Source: Macrostomum hystrix
Taxonomy: Eukaryota > Animalia > Platyhelminthes
Assembly (NCBI GenBank): GCA_950097015.1
Contig: CATNEN010000033.1
Coordinates: forward strand, 682,001 to 746,000
Length of the DNA: 64,000 nucleotides
Direction: 5' to 3'
In this document: positions 21,643 through 33,589 of the stretch, in pieces
Layout of the letters: every line of letters starts with the position of its first letter
Position numbering within the stretch: position 1 is the stretch's first letter
Notes under the pieces: model-generated
The model's database searches: none
What the model was told of the DNA's origin: nothing
Seen by the model: the letters and a program-made list of their open reading frames with translations, nothing else
Translations under genes and position numbers: made by a program

Positions 21643-22692
21643 GTGCGGTGGCGTCCCAGTGCGCAGGGCTCTCCGGTCGATATTTCTCTCCAGCCAGCCT
21701 GGGATAGAAGAAAGAGAGAGGCTGGCGATCAACTGATGGGTGGTGTCACTCTGCTGCTGTCTGGAGACTTTAGACAGACGCTGCCTGTGATTCCGCATGG
21801 CACTCCTGCTGATGAGATTAATGCTTGCCTAAAATCATCTCACCTGTGGCCATCGGTTGTGAAGTTGCACCTACGAACAAACATGAGAGCTACAATTCAA
21901 GGAGACGAAACAGCTCATGAGTTCTCTGCCAATCTATTGCGAATCGGCAATGGTCTGCTGGAGATTAGCACCGAGGATGGGCAGTCATCGATCGCTACAA
22001 TCGGAACCATTGTGCAGTCAGTGCAGGAGCTCAAGGCAAAAGTTTACCCGAACCTGATGGTTCGATATGCTGACGTTGACTGGCTGTCAGAGAGGGCAAT
22101 TCTGTGTCCTAGAAATGATGCCGCCAACGAAATTAACTACCAACTGCTTCAGGAGTTGCCAGGTGCAGTTTTCACCTACAAGTCAATTGATACAACGTTG
22201 ACTGATGACACCGCTGTGGAGTATCCTGTTGAGTTTCTGAACTCTCTAGATCCTCCTGGAACTCCATCGCACAACTTGCAGCTGAAAGTTGGGGCACCAA
22301 TTATGCTCCTCCGCAACCTGAATGCGCCAAGGCTGTGTAACGGCACCAGACTGATAGTCAGGCGGCTCTTCCCACACGTGATTGAGGCCACGATAATGAC
22401 TGGATCTGGCAGAGGAGAGTCTGTGTTCGTTCCCCGGATTCCAATTATCCCCACGGACCTGCCATTTCAGTTCAAGCGACTGCAGTTCCCTGTGAGAGTG
22501 TGCTTTGCGATGACTATTAACAAGGCTCAGGGACAGTCGCTGAAGGTGGCTGGCATCAACCTGGAGACTCCTTGCTTCTCGCATGGGCAGCTTTATGTCG
22601 CCTGCTCCCGTGTTGGAAATCCAGCTGGCCTATTCATTTTCGCACCAAGGGGAAGAACGAAGAATGTGGTGTATCCCCAGGCCTTGAGGTGA
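21643..22692 (+). CDS. Helitron PIF1-like helicase, C-terminal fragment (no Rep domain)
   Basis: Motifs GDFRQTLPV, LKVGAPIMLLRNL..RLCNGTRL, FAMTINKAQGQSL, FSHGQLYVACSRV. Confidence 0.9.
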   Translation: MRWRPSAQGSPVDISLQPAWDRRKREAGDQLMGGVTLLLSGDFRQTLPVIPHGTPADEINACLKSSHLWPSVVKLHLRTNMRATIQGDETAHEFSANLLRIGNGLLEISTEDGQSSIATIGTIVQSVQELKAKVYPNLMVRYADVDWLSERAILCPRNDAANEINYQLLQELPGAVFTYKSIDTTLTDDTAVEYPVEFLNSLDPPGTPSHNLQLKVGAPIMLLRNLNAPRLCNGTRLIVRRLFPHVIEATIMTGSGRGESVFVPRIPIIPTDLPFQFKRLQFPVRVCFAMTINKAQGQSLKVAGINLETPCFSHGQLYVACSRVGNPAGLFIFAPRGRTKNVVYPQALR

Positions 22693-22844
22693 CTCGCAAG
22701 CAATTAATAGAAAAGTAGTCACGAATTGACCTTGACCTGTCTAACTCTGAACTCTGAAACAGTTTAATTTTGTTTCTTTGACATTGTTATTGTTATGCCA
22801 TGGCTATTTTCCTTATGTATACGCGTGCACATGCATACTGTATA

Positions 22845-23122
22845 CAGAGGCAGATTTAGGGGGGGGGCGGGGGGGCAGTTGCCCCCCTAAATTTTAATCA
22901 TGGGAATAAGATGCCCCCACCAGGGGCGCCAGTCGCAGCACTGGCGCTCCTTTTCTGCCGCTGGCGCCCCTTTTTCAGCCGCTGGCTCCCGTTTTTCAGC
23001 CGCTGGCGCCCTTTCTTGGCTCCTGGCGCCCTTTTTCGGCCGCTGGCACCCCCTCTGTGATTCTCATGGCGCTCCCCTGACAGACCGCCCCAAAACAAAA
23101 TTCCTGGATCTGCCACCGACTG
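22845..23122. mobile_element. MITE nested in the Helitron 3' region
   Basis: Imperfect TIRs CAGAGGCAGATTTAGG / CCTGGATCTGCCACCGACTG, flanked by TA(TA); GC-rich internal repeats. Confidence 0.6.
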
Positions 23123-24090
23123 TATAGAGGAGTGGCTAAGAGACATGTTTCTAAAGAAGTAATCAAGAGGGGGCTGTTTGGACAAACTTTTCACTTATTT
23201 TTTACTTAAAACGCCCTTAAACAAACTCTTCACTTTTCATTAATGCAGTAAATAAATAAATGGTGACCTTCACTATAAAGTTAATACAGAGACGTGAATT
23301 GCTTACTGCTTTGCTTTAAATTTCTGCCCTAAAAACAACGGGCAAAAAAAGCTAGTTTGTATATATAATAGGCCCTGCAATTAGTGTTTGTATACAATAA
23401 CAATCGGTCTGTAAATATAATAGTTAATAGCGCATGCAGTTCTCTATAATTATAATATATTAGTAATCTCAGTAAGGGTAATGCAGTTCTGAGCTGCGTA
23501 GAAATATTAGATCCTAATGCTCGCTGTTGACATAATAATAGATCCTGTGGCTCTCTGTCGGTATAATATCTGTAGCCAGTTTTAACTTTGTCCAAGCAAA
23601 TAGAAGGCTGACTGTTGATTCGAATTGTGGATGGATCTCTGAATTATATTTGACTGTAAGCTGCAGTTCGATCGAGCAGTTGGGCCGGGCTAAAACTAAA
23701 AGACTGCTACTTTGCTTGCCACCCTTTCTTTAAAACTTCGAAAGCGAAAGGGGGCGGCCCTGTCTCTAAATTCATAGTCTATGGTAAAAGGGTGTGGAAG
23801 GCCACTGCTCTGCCTTGAAAAAGAGAAGCAGTGTGTCTGCTTTAACCAATCGATAATGTCACCCCTGTGGCCATAGACTAAAGACGATCGAAGTTGTCTC
23901 TCTTTCCATCTGCAGGTCTGTCTGGCTGGCTCGGCACTGCTTTTGAGGGAGGAAGATCGAGTTGGAGGGGGTGGGTGTGCTGTTCACTGGAAAATCGAAT
24001 GTCTGAGCTGATTGTACTACATTGCAAATGAAAAATTATGTTTTTAAAATTTATAAATGATTCAGAGGCTTATAATTTTTACAGCCGGGA

Positions 24091-24121
<31 letters not shown>

Positions 24122-24384
24122 AGGGACAACAGAAAAATATGTGATTTATGTGCTCAACGCAGCACTCAATCGAATATAAATGCAGCAGCGATGACAACAG
24201 TACGGAACAATGTGCACGCACAATACTTAAAATAGTGTATTCCACAATGGGATATAGGGGCATATATATATTTATTTAGATGCACGCACAACGGACTGTA
24301 CATAGCATGTGTTGATTGAGCATGCATACTGAATTCAGTTCATACACCTATATGGCACTGCATCAATTTGTAATAACAATAGCT

Positions 24385-27263
24385 ATGACAGACAACGAGT
24401 CGTGCTGAATCTTCTGTGGCGACGGCAGACCGCAGACGCACCCGAAACGCCACTTCCTGAGGAGGCACGCGGAGGAGGCTGTGCGCCAATTCCGACTCGA
24501 GGATGCCCCAGTCAAGGTGCGGCCGTCCGAGGCATCTTGGGCAGCGGCGTCAGCCAAGCAGCGTGCCCAGATGGTCTGGCTCTGCCTGACGTGCAGCACC
24601 CACACGCGCAGCTCAGCCAACACTGAGCATGTACTCGCGTGCCCAGCCTGCGGCAAGGTGCTGCGTAGGACAGCAAGGCAGCACAGGTGTCCAGCAGTGC
24701 CAGCTATTGTCGCTACCGTTGCTGTGGAACACCAGCAGCCACAGCCTCCGCAGCAGATGCCACCACCGCCTCCGCAGCAGATGCCACCACCGCCTCCGCA
24801 GCAGATGCCACCACCGCCTCCGCAGCAGCCTTCAGAGGCAGAACCAGCTGAATACGAGGCTGGGTCTCTGTTGGCCGAGCTCTACAGCATCGCCGCGCCG
24901 TCCGTTGACGGTCGACAGTCAGCGGCCAGTACTCGGCTGTCGTCAGCCAGCCGTCCAGCCGTCCGGCGACGCCTATTTGACCCGACTGCGCCGCTGCTGC
25001 TGATGTCCTCACAGGAGGCCCCCGTAGTCGCTGACGATGACGATGATGGAGACTACGATGTCGGCTTGCAGGAGCTGCTGCCCGGAACCAGCATCAGAAT
25101 GCGGACGCTGCCGACGGTCCAGACGGTGGCAGCAGAGTCTTCCTCTTCGGCTGCCTGTCTGCAGTTGGCGGTGCAGGCCACCAAGGCAGCACTTTGTCGT
25201 CCCAGCACGTCATCGGCTGTGCTGTCAGCTGCACAGAGGCCGCTAGTGAAGCTGGCAGCTACCCCGCCGAGGCAGCGTCGAGCAGCTGCAGCAAAGTGGA
25301 CTGCTGCAAAGAGAAGGCTGGCTAATGCCGAATTCGACCGGCTTCGATTGTCCATCTTCGGAGCAGAACTGCAGCAGGAAGCTTCGACAGCCGATCAGAA
25401 GCAGCAGCAACAGCGTCGCGGTCCGCGCTGTCGACACTTTTGCACGTCGCCACCTGCGAAGCCCGTGCCACCAGAGCTGCTGCAGCCGTTGGGTGACCGG
25501 CCCAGCATCTCCGCAACGGTGGAACGCCTGCGGGAGCTATGGTGGAGGGACCTATCGCGGGCCAGGATTGCGGCCAACTTGTGCCACCAGCAGCGTTGGC
25601 GCGACATCAGCAGGTCCGTGAGCTCGACGCTTCTACGCACCTAGCAGCGAGCGGGCATATCGCTTGCAGACCTGCTGCTTCAGCCGGACAGGGTGCAGGA
25701 CTGCTTCAGCGCTGAAACAGTCGGTGATGCCATGCAGCTGGCCCAGTCGACTGCTGCGCGCAAGTGCCAGGAGCTTGTCAGCATCTGCCGCTGCATGGAG
25801 GGCTGGCTGCGCGTGAGGGGCCTGCGAGGCGCCAATGCCATCATGGCCGCCGTTGGCTTGCGCGAAGCCGAGCTGTTCTGCAGCATCGACTCACCCTCGC
25901 CTGACACCGAGCGCCCTGCTATTGAGGACGTCGACTCTGTCGGCAGTGGCGTCTGCTGGAGACTGCAGTTGGCGCAGAAGGCCAACAACCCGCTGGCGGC
26001 TGAGCAGGCTCTCATCGCCCGCCATAGCAGCGTGGTGCAGCAGGCTCGCGGCGAGTTCGGCAACGTCCGCGCCATCCAGCAGGTGAGCTAGCTGCACAGC
26101 AGCTGCATTAATGACAGTTAGTTCTATTTGGTTTCGTGCTGCTATCTACTATAAGTAAACGCAACCACATTTATACTATGCAGGCAGTCTACAAGCTTGG
26201 CCACAACGAGCGGCAGGTGGCCTTCATGGACACCTACGTCAACGTGGACGAGGTCGATGCCGTTTTCGCCCGCCGTGATCGTTTTTTTGCCATGCTACAA
26301 AGGCACAGCTGGACTTCGCTGCCCGTAGACGGCGAGTGGTACATGCAGGCAGCCGTTGCAGATAGCATCACCATCAGGGAGGATGCGGTAGATGATGGTG
26401 CCTTCAGTCGCCGGATGGTTTGTCTGCGGAGGATTGTGCAGGAAATGCTGTTTTTCTGCAGCATTGAGCAGCCCCTGCGACTCCTGCCTTGGATCTACAT
26501 CCGCCGGCGACACTTGGTTGATCGGTCGGTTCGTCGGAACGCGTCGGCCGACCAAAAACAGCTGTTCCGCCAACACACGCAAAGTGCAGATGGGGAGAGC
26601 GCGCCGTCCGCTGCCGATCTGGCTGGGCACTCACACCTCGTCCTGCCGCTGCGTGAAGTGCCGCACAAGGTCGGACACTCCGGCGACCCAGCCAGGATGG
26701 TGCTGCCGGATCTATTCTGTGAGGCCTTGCTGCGCCTGCACGACGAATACATCGTGCCGTCGCTTGCTGCTCGCGGCATCGAGCAACCGGAGTCGCCGAC
26801 GGTCTTCATAGATGTGTTCGGCGGCGTGTACAGCCAGTCGGCAATGAGCCGCATGATCAGCGCAGGCGGGCAGCGAGTACTGGGTCGGCACTATGTGGCC
26901 ACGCACTGGCGTCGCACCCTCTGTGCTGTAGTGCTCATGATGGAGCCGGAACAGCTAGATGTCTTCGCCAGAGCGCACGGCACATCTGCAGCTGTCATCC
27001 GGTTCAACTATGGTCACAACGCGCAGATGGCCACGGAGATGGGCGCGGTGATTCGCAGCCGCGACATTGTCCGCCGATTTGTGGTGCCATCAGATGACGA
27101 GCAGATGCCACCGATAGTTAGGCCGCCGACCCAGGGACTCATCAGCAGCCTGGCTGGTGGAAGTGGTGAGGTGGCGGCGAGCACCCAACGAGCCGACGCA
27201 GTCCTGCACGATAGACCGGTGGCCGGAAAGCGACGGCGGCTGCACTCAGTGGCGGAACATTAA
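24385..27263 (+). pseudogene. Element B ZnF / tyrosine-recombinase-like gene (exons 24385-26082, 26184-27263) with two in-frame stops
   Basis: ATG 24385 reads MTDNESC*IFC..KRHFLRRH (TGA 24406); TAG at 25642 is in the same frame; phase-0 intron 26083-26183 (GTGAGC...ATGCAG). Exon 2 has QPLR, EVPHK, ATHWRR and AHGTSAAVIRFNY, which align with the 8137-9537 exon. Confidence 0.72.
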
Positions 27264-27514
27264 ATTTGAATGATTCGCCCTGCCTGCCCGCCTGTCTGTC
27301 TGCCTGCTTTATCTAAGATTTTATATATACAATATATATATAGTATTTTATATATATATATATATAGTATATATATATTTAAATATTTAAATAGTGAGTC
27401 AAAAACACCGTGGGGCAGATAAAGGGGGCCGGGACAGAGAGAAAACACGCAGAGAAAACATGCACAGGCCTTGGAGGGAGGGCTGATTGAATTCGTTTGA
27501 CTGTGTTACTGTGC

Positions 27515-27552
27515 AGCGTATAAAGCGCGCACATGTGCGCGCTTTATACGCT
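27515..27552. repeat. 38-bp perfect palindrome
   Basis: AGCGTATAAAGCGCGCACA|TGTGCGCGCTTTATACGCT. Confidence 0.95.
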
Positions 27553-27754
27553 AATGTTATTATAATTGATTATATGCTATAGTTGAGAATATTGATTGTA
27601 TTTGATTGATTACTCCCGTTGATAATATTATACTTTATTGTTTCTGTTGATAGAATTATTTAATTAGCCATATATTTATATGACAATTATTAAACAAATG
27701 CTGCTAACTGCTCTACTTATAGTAGTCAAGTAAGCAATTTAATTTTAGATTTAG

Positions 27755-27871
27755 GTACAGTTCATAGTGCGCGCACATTACTTAAAAAATATATAAGGAT
27801 CGTCGTTCTAAAATTAGAGCAGACATGCCTTATATATTTTTTAGGGAATGTGCGCGCACTACAGACTGTAC
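27755..27871. repeat. 117-bp imperfect hairpin
   Basis: Outer arms 27755-27779 / 27847-27871 (22/25 match); inner arms 27784-27798 / 27828-27842 (15/15). Confidence 0.9.
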
Positions 27872-29189
27872 ACATTGAATTTCGTAGAATTTAGCGCGAA
27901 TTTGAAATTTTAGTTTCTTATATAAAATCTATAAATAACTGAGTAGCACTATATGCAGCTGTTAATTGCCGTTATTAAATCGTACTACTATATTATATGT
28001 ATAGCTTTTTGAGTCTATCCAAATTGTATTTTAATGCACACATCATTACTACATGTATTTTAATTGCTTGTTATTGCAGATGCCGCTAGTTGATTTTCAT
28101 CTTAAATTAGTTAATTGCCGATTTTCATATGCATACGTACCGTCTACTACATGTAGTTCTTGATTGAATGCTTTTTCTTGATTTATGTCCTTTATTCACA
28201 TATTAATGCATGCAGTCAGCTTTTCATACCATATACTAGTATACTTACTCAAATTATTATAGCTCAATTATTATAAGTTAAATAACATAATTAGCGCCCA
28301 AATAAGCAAATAACAACTGCCTGTGTGTAAAATTATTTTTAGACTACTATTAATAAAAGGAATGCGATAAACTCAAGACATAGACAAAGGTTAGGCACAT
28401 AGAAACTAAATTTTATCAGGAAGACTGTATTGCTCATCTTGAGCACACAAGTCAAAGAAAGCTAGCTCGCGCACTGATTGATTTCTCTATGCCAATCGAT
28501 TAAGAGACTCGATCGTTCCCAAGCTACACTTTGATTTTCAATCCTAACTCTATTAATCAACCAAATCAACTCCTTCGTGATCTACTGTTTCGTTTCGACT
28601 GCCCCCTACACTGTTCCGATTGCTCCGCTCCAGCTGCGACCCGAACGACGACGACTGCATTTAAAGTGATTTTTATCTGCGCTCCACAAGGTAGGCAATC
28701 ATTGTTAATTATTCTAGCTGCCCATCTATCTAACTTGTTGGAGAGCAGCAACAGCAACAACAACAACAACAACTATTTGTTGGCGGTGAGGGATTAAAAA
28801 GTTTAATGGAGCCGGTACAGAAAAAGTAGAACGGCAATAAAATGGGGACAATTGAAATTGTCGACAGCCTGCGACATATGCTAAATGAAAATATTGACTA
28901 TGAAATAATAGAACTCAAAATAAAAGCAATCAGATAAGAGCGAGAAGCGATCCTGAGAACAAGTAATAAATGCCATCTCCATCTCTTAGCACATCTAGAC
29001 TGACGAGCAACAAAAACACTAGAATAAGGAAAACACTGCGCGCTATTTTATTCAATTAAACTAATCCCATCAAATGCTTTATAAATTGCTATAGTCCGCG
29101 CACATTTCTGCTACCCCGTTTTCTGCAACTGTGTGCCACGTATAGATTATATATGGTGCTGTTAAACAGCCGAACCCAAAAGCCATTCC

Positions 29190-30272
29190 TTATTTAGCCC
29201 AATAAGGACTAATATTTTGTGCACTGACACCAACTGTCACTGTTGTTACTCTTGGCGCACAGACAGGAATAAAAACAGGTAGCGGCACCGGAACGAAATA
29301 CGGCACCTCGACAGTTGGAATCGGCAACATAGGCATCGCTGGTGATCCGATTGGCTCAATTTGCAACATTGGCATTGATGGCGATGGTACTGGCGAGTGA
29401 TCCGATTGGATTGTTTCTGCTGCTGCTTCAATCGCATTGTGATTAAGCGGAGTAGATGTACAAATTGGATGCCGGACTGATCCAATTGACACGCTGTCCG
29501 CTTGGCTCACATGTTCAGCAGGCTCGTCATAAATTGTTGCATAGATGATGCCTGATTCATCTGCGCTATCTTCTATGATGATAGTTTCTGCTGGCTGCTC
29601 TGCTGCTGGCTGCTCTGCTGATGGCTGCTCTGCTACTGGCTGCTCTGCTACTGGCTGCTCTACTACTGGCTGCTCTGCTACTGGCTGCTCTGCTACTGGC
29701 TGCTCTGCTACTGGCTGCTCTGCTACTGGCTGCTCTGCTACAGGCTGCTCTGCTACTGGCTGCTCTGCTACTGGCTGCTCTGCTACTGGCTGCTCTGCTG
29801 CTGGCAGTCGACGGGCAATGTAGCGTTCGTGCATGTAGTCGACAATCTCGCCGACCACAGCTGGTAGTGGATCCAGTTGTTCAAGCTGGACCACTTCGCC
29901 CATTGCCGCTGCTCCCGCCACTGCCACTGGCTGAGCTGGTTGGCCACCGACGCGACGCTGCGGATTCCGCTTACATCTATATTGATGATGCAACATGTTA
30001 GATGTTATTTTGTTGCAATGCAGACACGCTAGCACACGTCCACCGGCAGCGACATCTACACCAGCCCGCTGTAGTTGCAGCATCTTCCAGACGGCACTTC
30101 CACGCTCCTTAACAAACGCGAATAGCGATGGCCTTTGACCAACAGGTAGGACTGTCCAGTCAAACTCGGCATGGACAGCTTTATGCGCCTCTATAAAATG
30201 TCTTCGCATCATATTGGTGCTGATTTGCTGGCCGCAGAAATGGCAGAAGCGGAGTCCGTTATTGTTTTCCAT
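29190..30272 (-). pseudogene. 3'-truncated copy of the ZnF/AEQP gene (14 pentapeptide repeats)
   Basis: Matches 4580-5565; the last few codons come from unrelated flank. Confidence 0.8.
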
Positions 30273-30374
30273 TGCAGCTTGTATAGTAGATCGCTGGCTA
30301 GCTTGCTGAATAATCGACAGAGTGATCGTTCTGGCTGACTTTTAATTATCGATTTGCGTGCGCGCGCGCATATA

Positions 30375-31980
30375 TACCTTTTTACGTTCTATTTGATAAA
30401 AACTGCAACCAATTTGGCCACGGCTCAGCCTGACGCAGCCGCAGCAATTTTCCATAGACAGCCGCCGCTAGCAGCAACCAATTTGGTACGAGTAAAAACT
30501 GCGAGCTATTTTGCCAGCTTGAAGATATCATCTTATCATTCTGATCATCACTCTGATGGCGAATCGTGGGCCGTACCAAAAGATAAGTCAGCTGGATCGA
30601 GAGCGAATCGTGAGAGCGTACAGGAATGGCGACGACTGGAGAGAGCTTGGCAGAATGATGGGGATGAAGAAACCGACAGTGAGGAACATCGTGATCACGT
30701 ATGAACGAACTGGTAGAGTTGGCACTCTGCCAAAAGGAGGAGTGAAGAGGATGGCGCTGACGGAGGCTATGGTGGACACCATTGTTCAATTCGTTGAAGG
30801 TCAACCTACTGCGACGCTGCAACAAATGAGAGAGCACCTGCTACACCAACACAATGACGTTGCCAACGTGAGTCTGACCACTATCAGTCGTGCTCTGGAT
30901 GGTCGCCTCATCACCCTGAAGTTGCTGCGCCAGGTACCTGTGAACTGGAACATGCCTGTTACAAAGGAGGCGCGAAGGATGCACGTCGAATGGATGCTGG
31001 ACGAGGGAAGCCAGGTGAACACAATTTTCATGGACGAGTTTGGGGTGAATATCTGGACGGCGAGGACTCAAGGCCGCTCAGCGAAGGGGCTCCCAGCTGT
31101 GACTGTCGTCAGTGGACAGCGTGGGCAGAATCTCACCATCTGCCTGGCCATCTCGCAACTCGGCCTCGTTCACAGCACTCTCGTTGAAGGAGGCTTTAAG
31201 AACGAGCACTTCGTGGAATTCCTCTCTGAGATCGATTTTCTGATGGAAGAGTAGTTTGTGCTACTGTCCGATGGGGCACGCGCTCACCTAGGTGTCCCTG
31301 GGATGTCTGAAGGTCATGCTCACCGATTCCTGCCTCCATACTCGCCGTTCATCAACCCGGCGGAGTACGCAGGCTCAGCGCTGAAGGCCAAGCTGAAAAG
31401 GCAACTGCAATCACCTGCCATTCAGCGCGAGGTGGCAGATACTGGACTGGCTGCTGCAGCAGGTGCGACACTGCATCAGCACAGGATGCGCATTCTTAAG
31501 AGAGAAGTGCAGCAAGCACTGAACTGCATCACGCCTCTTAAGTGCCTGCGCTGGATCAACCACTCCCAGACGTACTTCAATCGGTGCTTGAATGCTGAGG
31601 ACATATTGTTCTGACTTCTGACTGAGGACATATTGTTATCATTCTTAATGTTATGAATTCGTGTTCTGACTTCTGACTGAGGACATACTGTTATCATTCT
31701 TAATGTTATGAATTCGTGTTCTGACTTCTGACTGAGGACATGCTGTTATCATTCTTTATCGTTATTGTTATGCTATAGCTCCCTATTTCGCTACTGCTGT
31801 TGACAGGGCAGGTCAAATACAGCAGTGTGCTGCTATCTTCAAGCTGGCAAAATAGCTCGCAGTTTTTACCAAATTGGTTGCTGCTAGCGGCGGCTGTCTA
31901 TGGAAAATTGATGCGGCTGCGTCAGGCTGAGCCGTGGCCAAATTGGTTGCAATTTTTATCAAATAGAACGTAAAAAGGTA
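30375..31980 (+). mobile_element. Tc1/IS630-superfamily DNA transposon, ~165-bp TIRs, TA TSD
   Basis: Ends TACCTTTTTACG...CGTAAAAAGGTA. Empty site GCGCATATATTTACC is seen at ~5661 in copy 1. Confidence 0.92.
30556..31614 (+). pseudogene. IS630/Tc1-like transposase with one in-frame stop (TAG 31252)
   Basis: HTH N-terminus, IFMDE, LLSDGARAH, FLPPYSPFINPAE; the two ORFs are in the same frame. Confidence 0.88.
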
Positions 31981-32079
31981 TATTTACCAAGCACTGCTCA
32001 TATCCTGTACAGAGCAGCAGTCAGACACATAGACATAGACAGACATCGTCAACTGGGTCTAAGCTATTTCCAAATATCA

Positions 32080-32765
32080 GTATTTTCGCGAAAATACTGA
32101 TATGCTCTAAACAAAGGTAAGAGCAGTATTTTTGCAAAAGTTCTTGAAGGTGTGTGCATTACTACATCTTATGGCATTTTCGCGAAAATACTGATATGCT
32201 ATTAAACAAAGGTAGTTAGCGGTATTTTTGCAAAAGTTCTTGAAGGTGTGTGCATGGCTACATCTTATGGCATTTTCGCAAAAATACTGATATGCTATTA
32301 AACAAAGGTAGTTGGCGGTATTTTTGCAAAAATTTTTGAAGTTGTGTGCATGGCTACATCTTATGGTATTTTCGCGAAAATACTGATATGCTATTAAACA
32401 AAGGTAGTTAGCGGTATTTTTGCAAAAGTTCTTGAAGGTGTGTGCATGGCTACATCTTATGGCATTTTCGCAAAAATACTGATATGCTATTAAACAAAGG
32501 TAGTTGGCGGTATTTTTGCAAAAATTTTTGAAGTTGTGTGCATGGCTACATCTTATGGTATTTTCGCGAAAATACTGATATGCTATTAAACAAAGGTAGT
32601 TAGCGGTATTTTTGCAAAAGTTCTTGAAGTAGTGTGCATGGCTACATCTTATGGTATTTTCGCGAAAATACTGATATGCTATTAAACAAAGGTAGTTGGC
32701 GGTATTTTTGCGAAAATTCTTAATGTAGTGTGCATGGCTACATCTTATGGTATTATCGCGAATGC
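32080..32765. repeat. 95-bp palindrome-containing array (~7 units)
   Basis: Expanded equivalent of 5765-6070. Confidence 0.9.
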
Positions 32766-33061
32766 AGATACGCGGCGGTTGAAGACAATAAGAAGACAAT
32801 ATTTTTGCGAAAGTACTTTAAGTATTCATGATGACTATATCTAATGGTAATCAATAACCAAATATGACTTGACTTCATTATATTTTATTATTATTCACGC
32901 CGCGAATACAATTTGCAACTGGTTCACTCATGTATATTTGCTTGAGCGAATTAATTGGGTTAAATAAATAGCTGGCATTAATTAAACGACGAACAGGAAA
33001 CTACAATTAGCTGTATTAAGTCTAACTAAAACTAGTGCTGCTACTGCTGCTGCTGCTGCTG

Positions 33062-33481
33062 CTACTGCTCAATTCGATATCGGCGGCTCCGGAGCAACTC
33101 TCGCAGTCTAGCCCTTTGCTGTACGCCGCGCCAGTAGTCCAGGCCGTGTAGAATGTGCTGCAGCTCCAAACATGTGTCCTCCAGCAGGCCTAGCAGCTCG
33201 GCCAAGTCGAAGGCCTCGTTCTCTGTTAGGCAGGTCAGCTCCAGGATGGTCTCGTAGCCCGCAGCTGTCTTGTGTTGTAGCAGCCAGTCCAGGAGGCTCT
33301 TCATCAGGGTGTGCAGCTGGGTGACGTTCAGCTCAGCAGTCGGGCAGTGGCGCTGCAGGCAGGTTAGCTGCTCCAATCGTCCTCGGTACGCCAGGAACGG
33401 GGCCAGACAGGCGATGTCGCATCTGGCCAGGAGTGCCACGGTGGCCGGCGAGCCGAACAGCGCCACAGGATGCGCATTCAT
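33062..33481 (-). CDS. 139-aa orphan protein (second copy)
   Basis: Intact; few substitutions relative to 6376-6795. Confidence 0.7.
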   Translation of the reverse strand: MNAHPVALFGSPATVALLARCDIACLAPFLAYRGRLEQLTCLQRHCPTAELNVTQLHTLMKSLLDWLLQHKTAAGYETILELTCLTENEAFDLAELLGLLEDTCLELQHILHGLDYWRGVQQRARLRELLRSRRYRIEQ

Positions 33482-33589
33482 CGTGAGTTCTACGCAACCA
33501 ACAATGTCGTGAGTGCAACAGCAGCGCGTCTAACACTAGCAGAAGTAGAATTAGAATAAGAAGCAGAGTTCTAAATGGAAAGTAAATAC

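Larger units (their letters stand above)
21081..23355 (+). mobile_element. Internally deleted Helitron inserted at an A|T site
   Basis: 5' TCTATATATATATAAAA followed by (TGTC)n; 3' TGCCC..GGGCA hairpin then CTAG (23352-23355). Flanks rejoin into the 41-bp unit (ATTAGTA|TTTGTATATA). Contains a PIF1-like helicase fragment. Confidence 0.9.

Noticed and set aside
24406-31254. Programmed stop-codon readthrough or alternative genetic code (TGA 24406, TAG 25642, TAG 31252)
   Set aside because: Single substitutions (e.g. CGA>TGA, CAG>TAG) explain them, and host genes in the window use standard stops.
32107-32799. 230-aa ORF (also 5708-5920, 34311-34556, 6647-7054, 33333-33740)
   Set aside because: These frames arise from the 95-bp arrays or overlap the 139-aa gene in another frame; the frame is not consistently kept between arrays.
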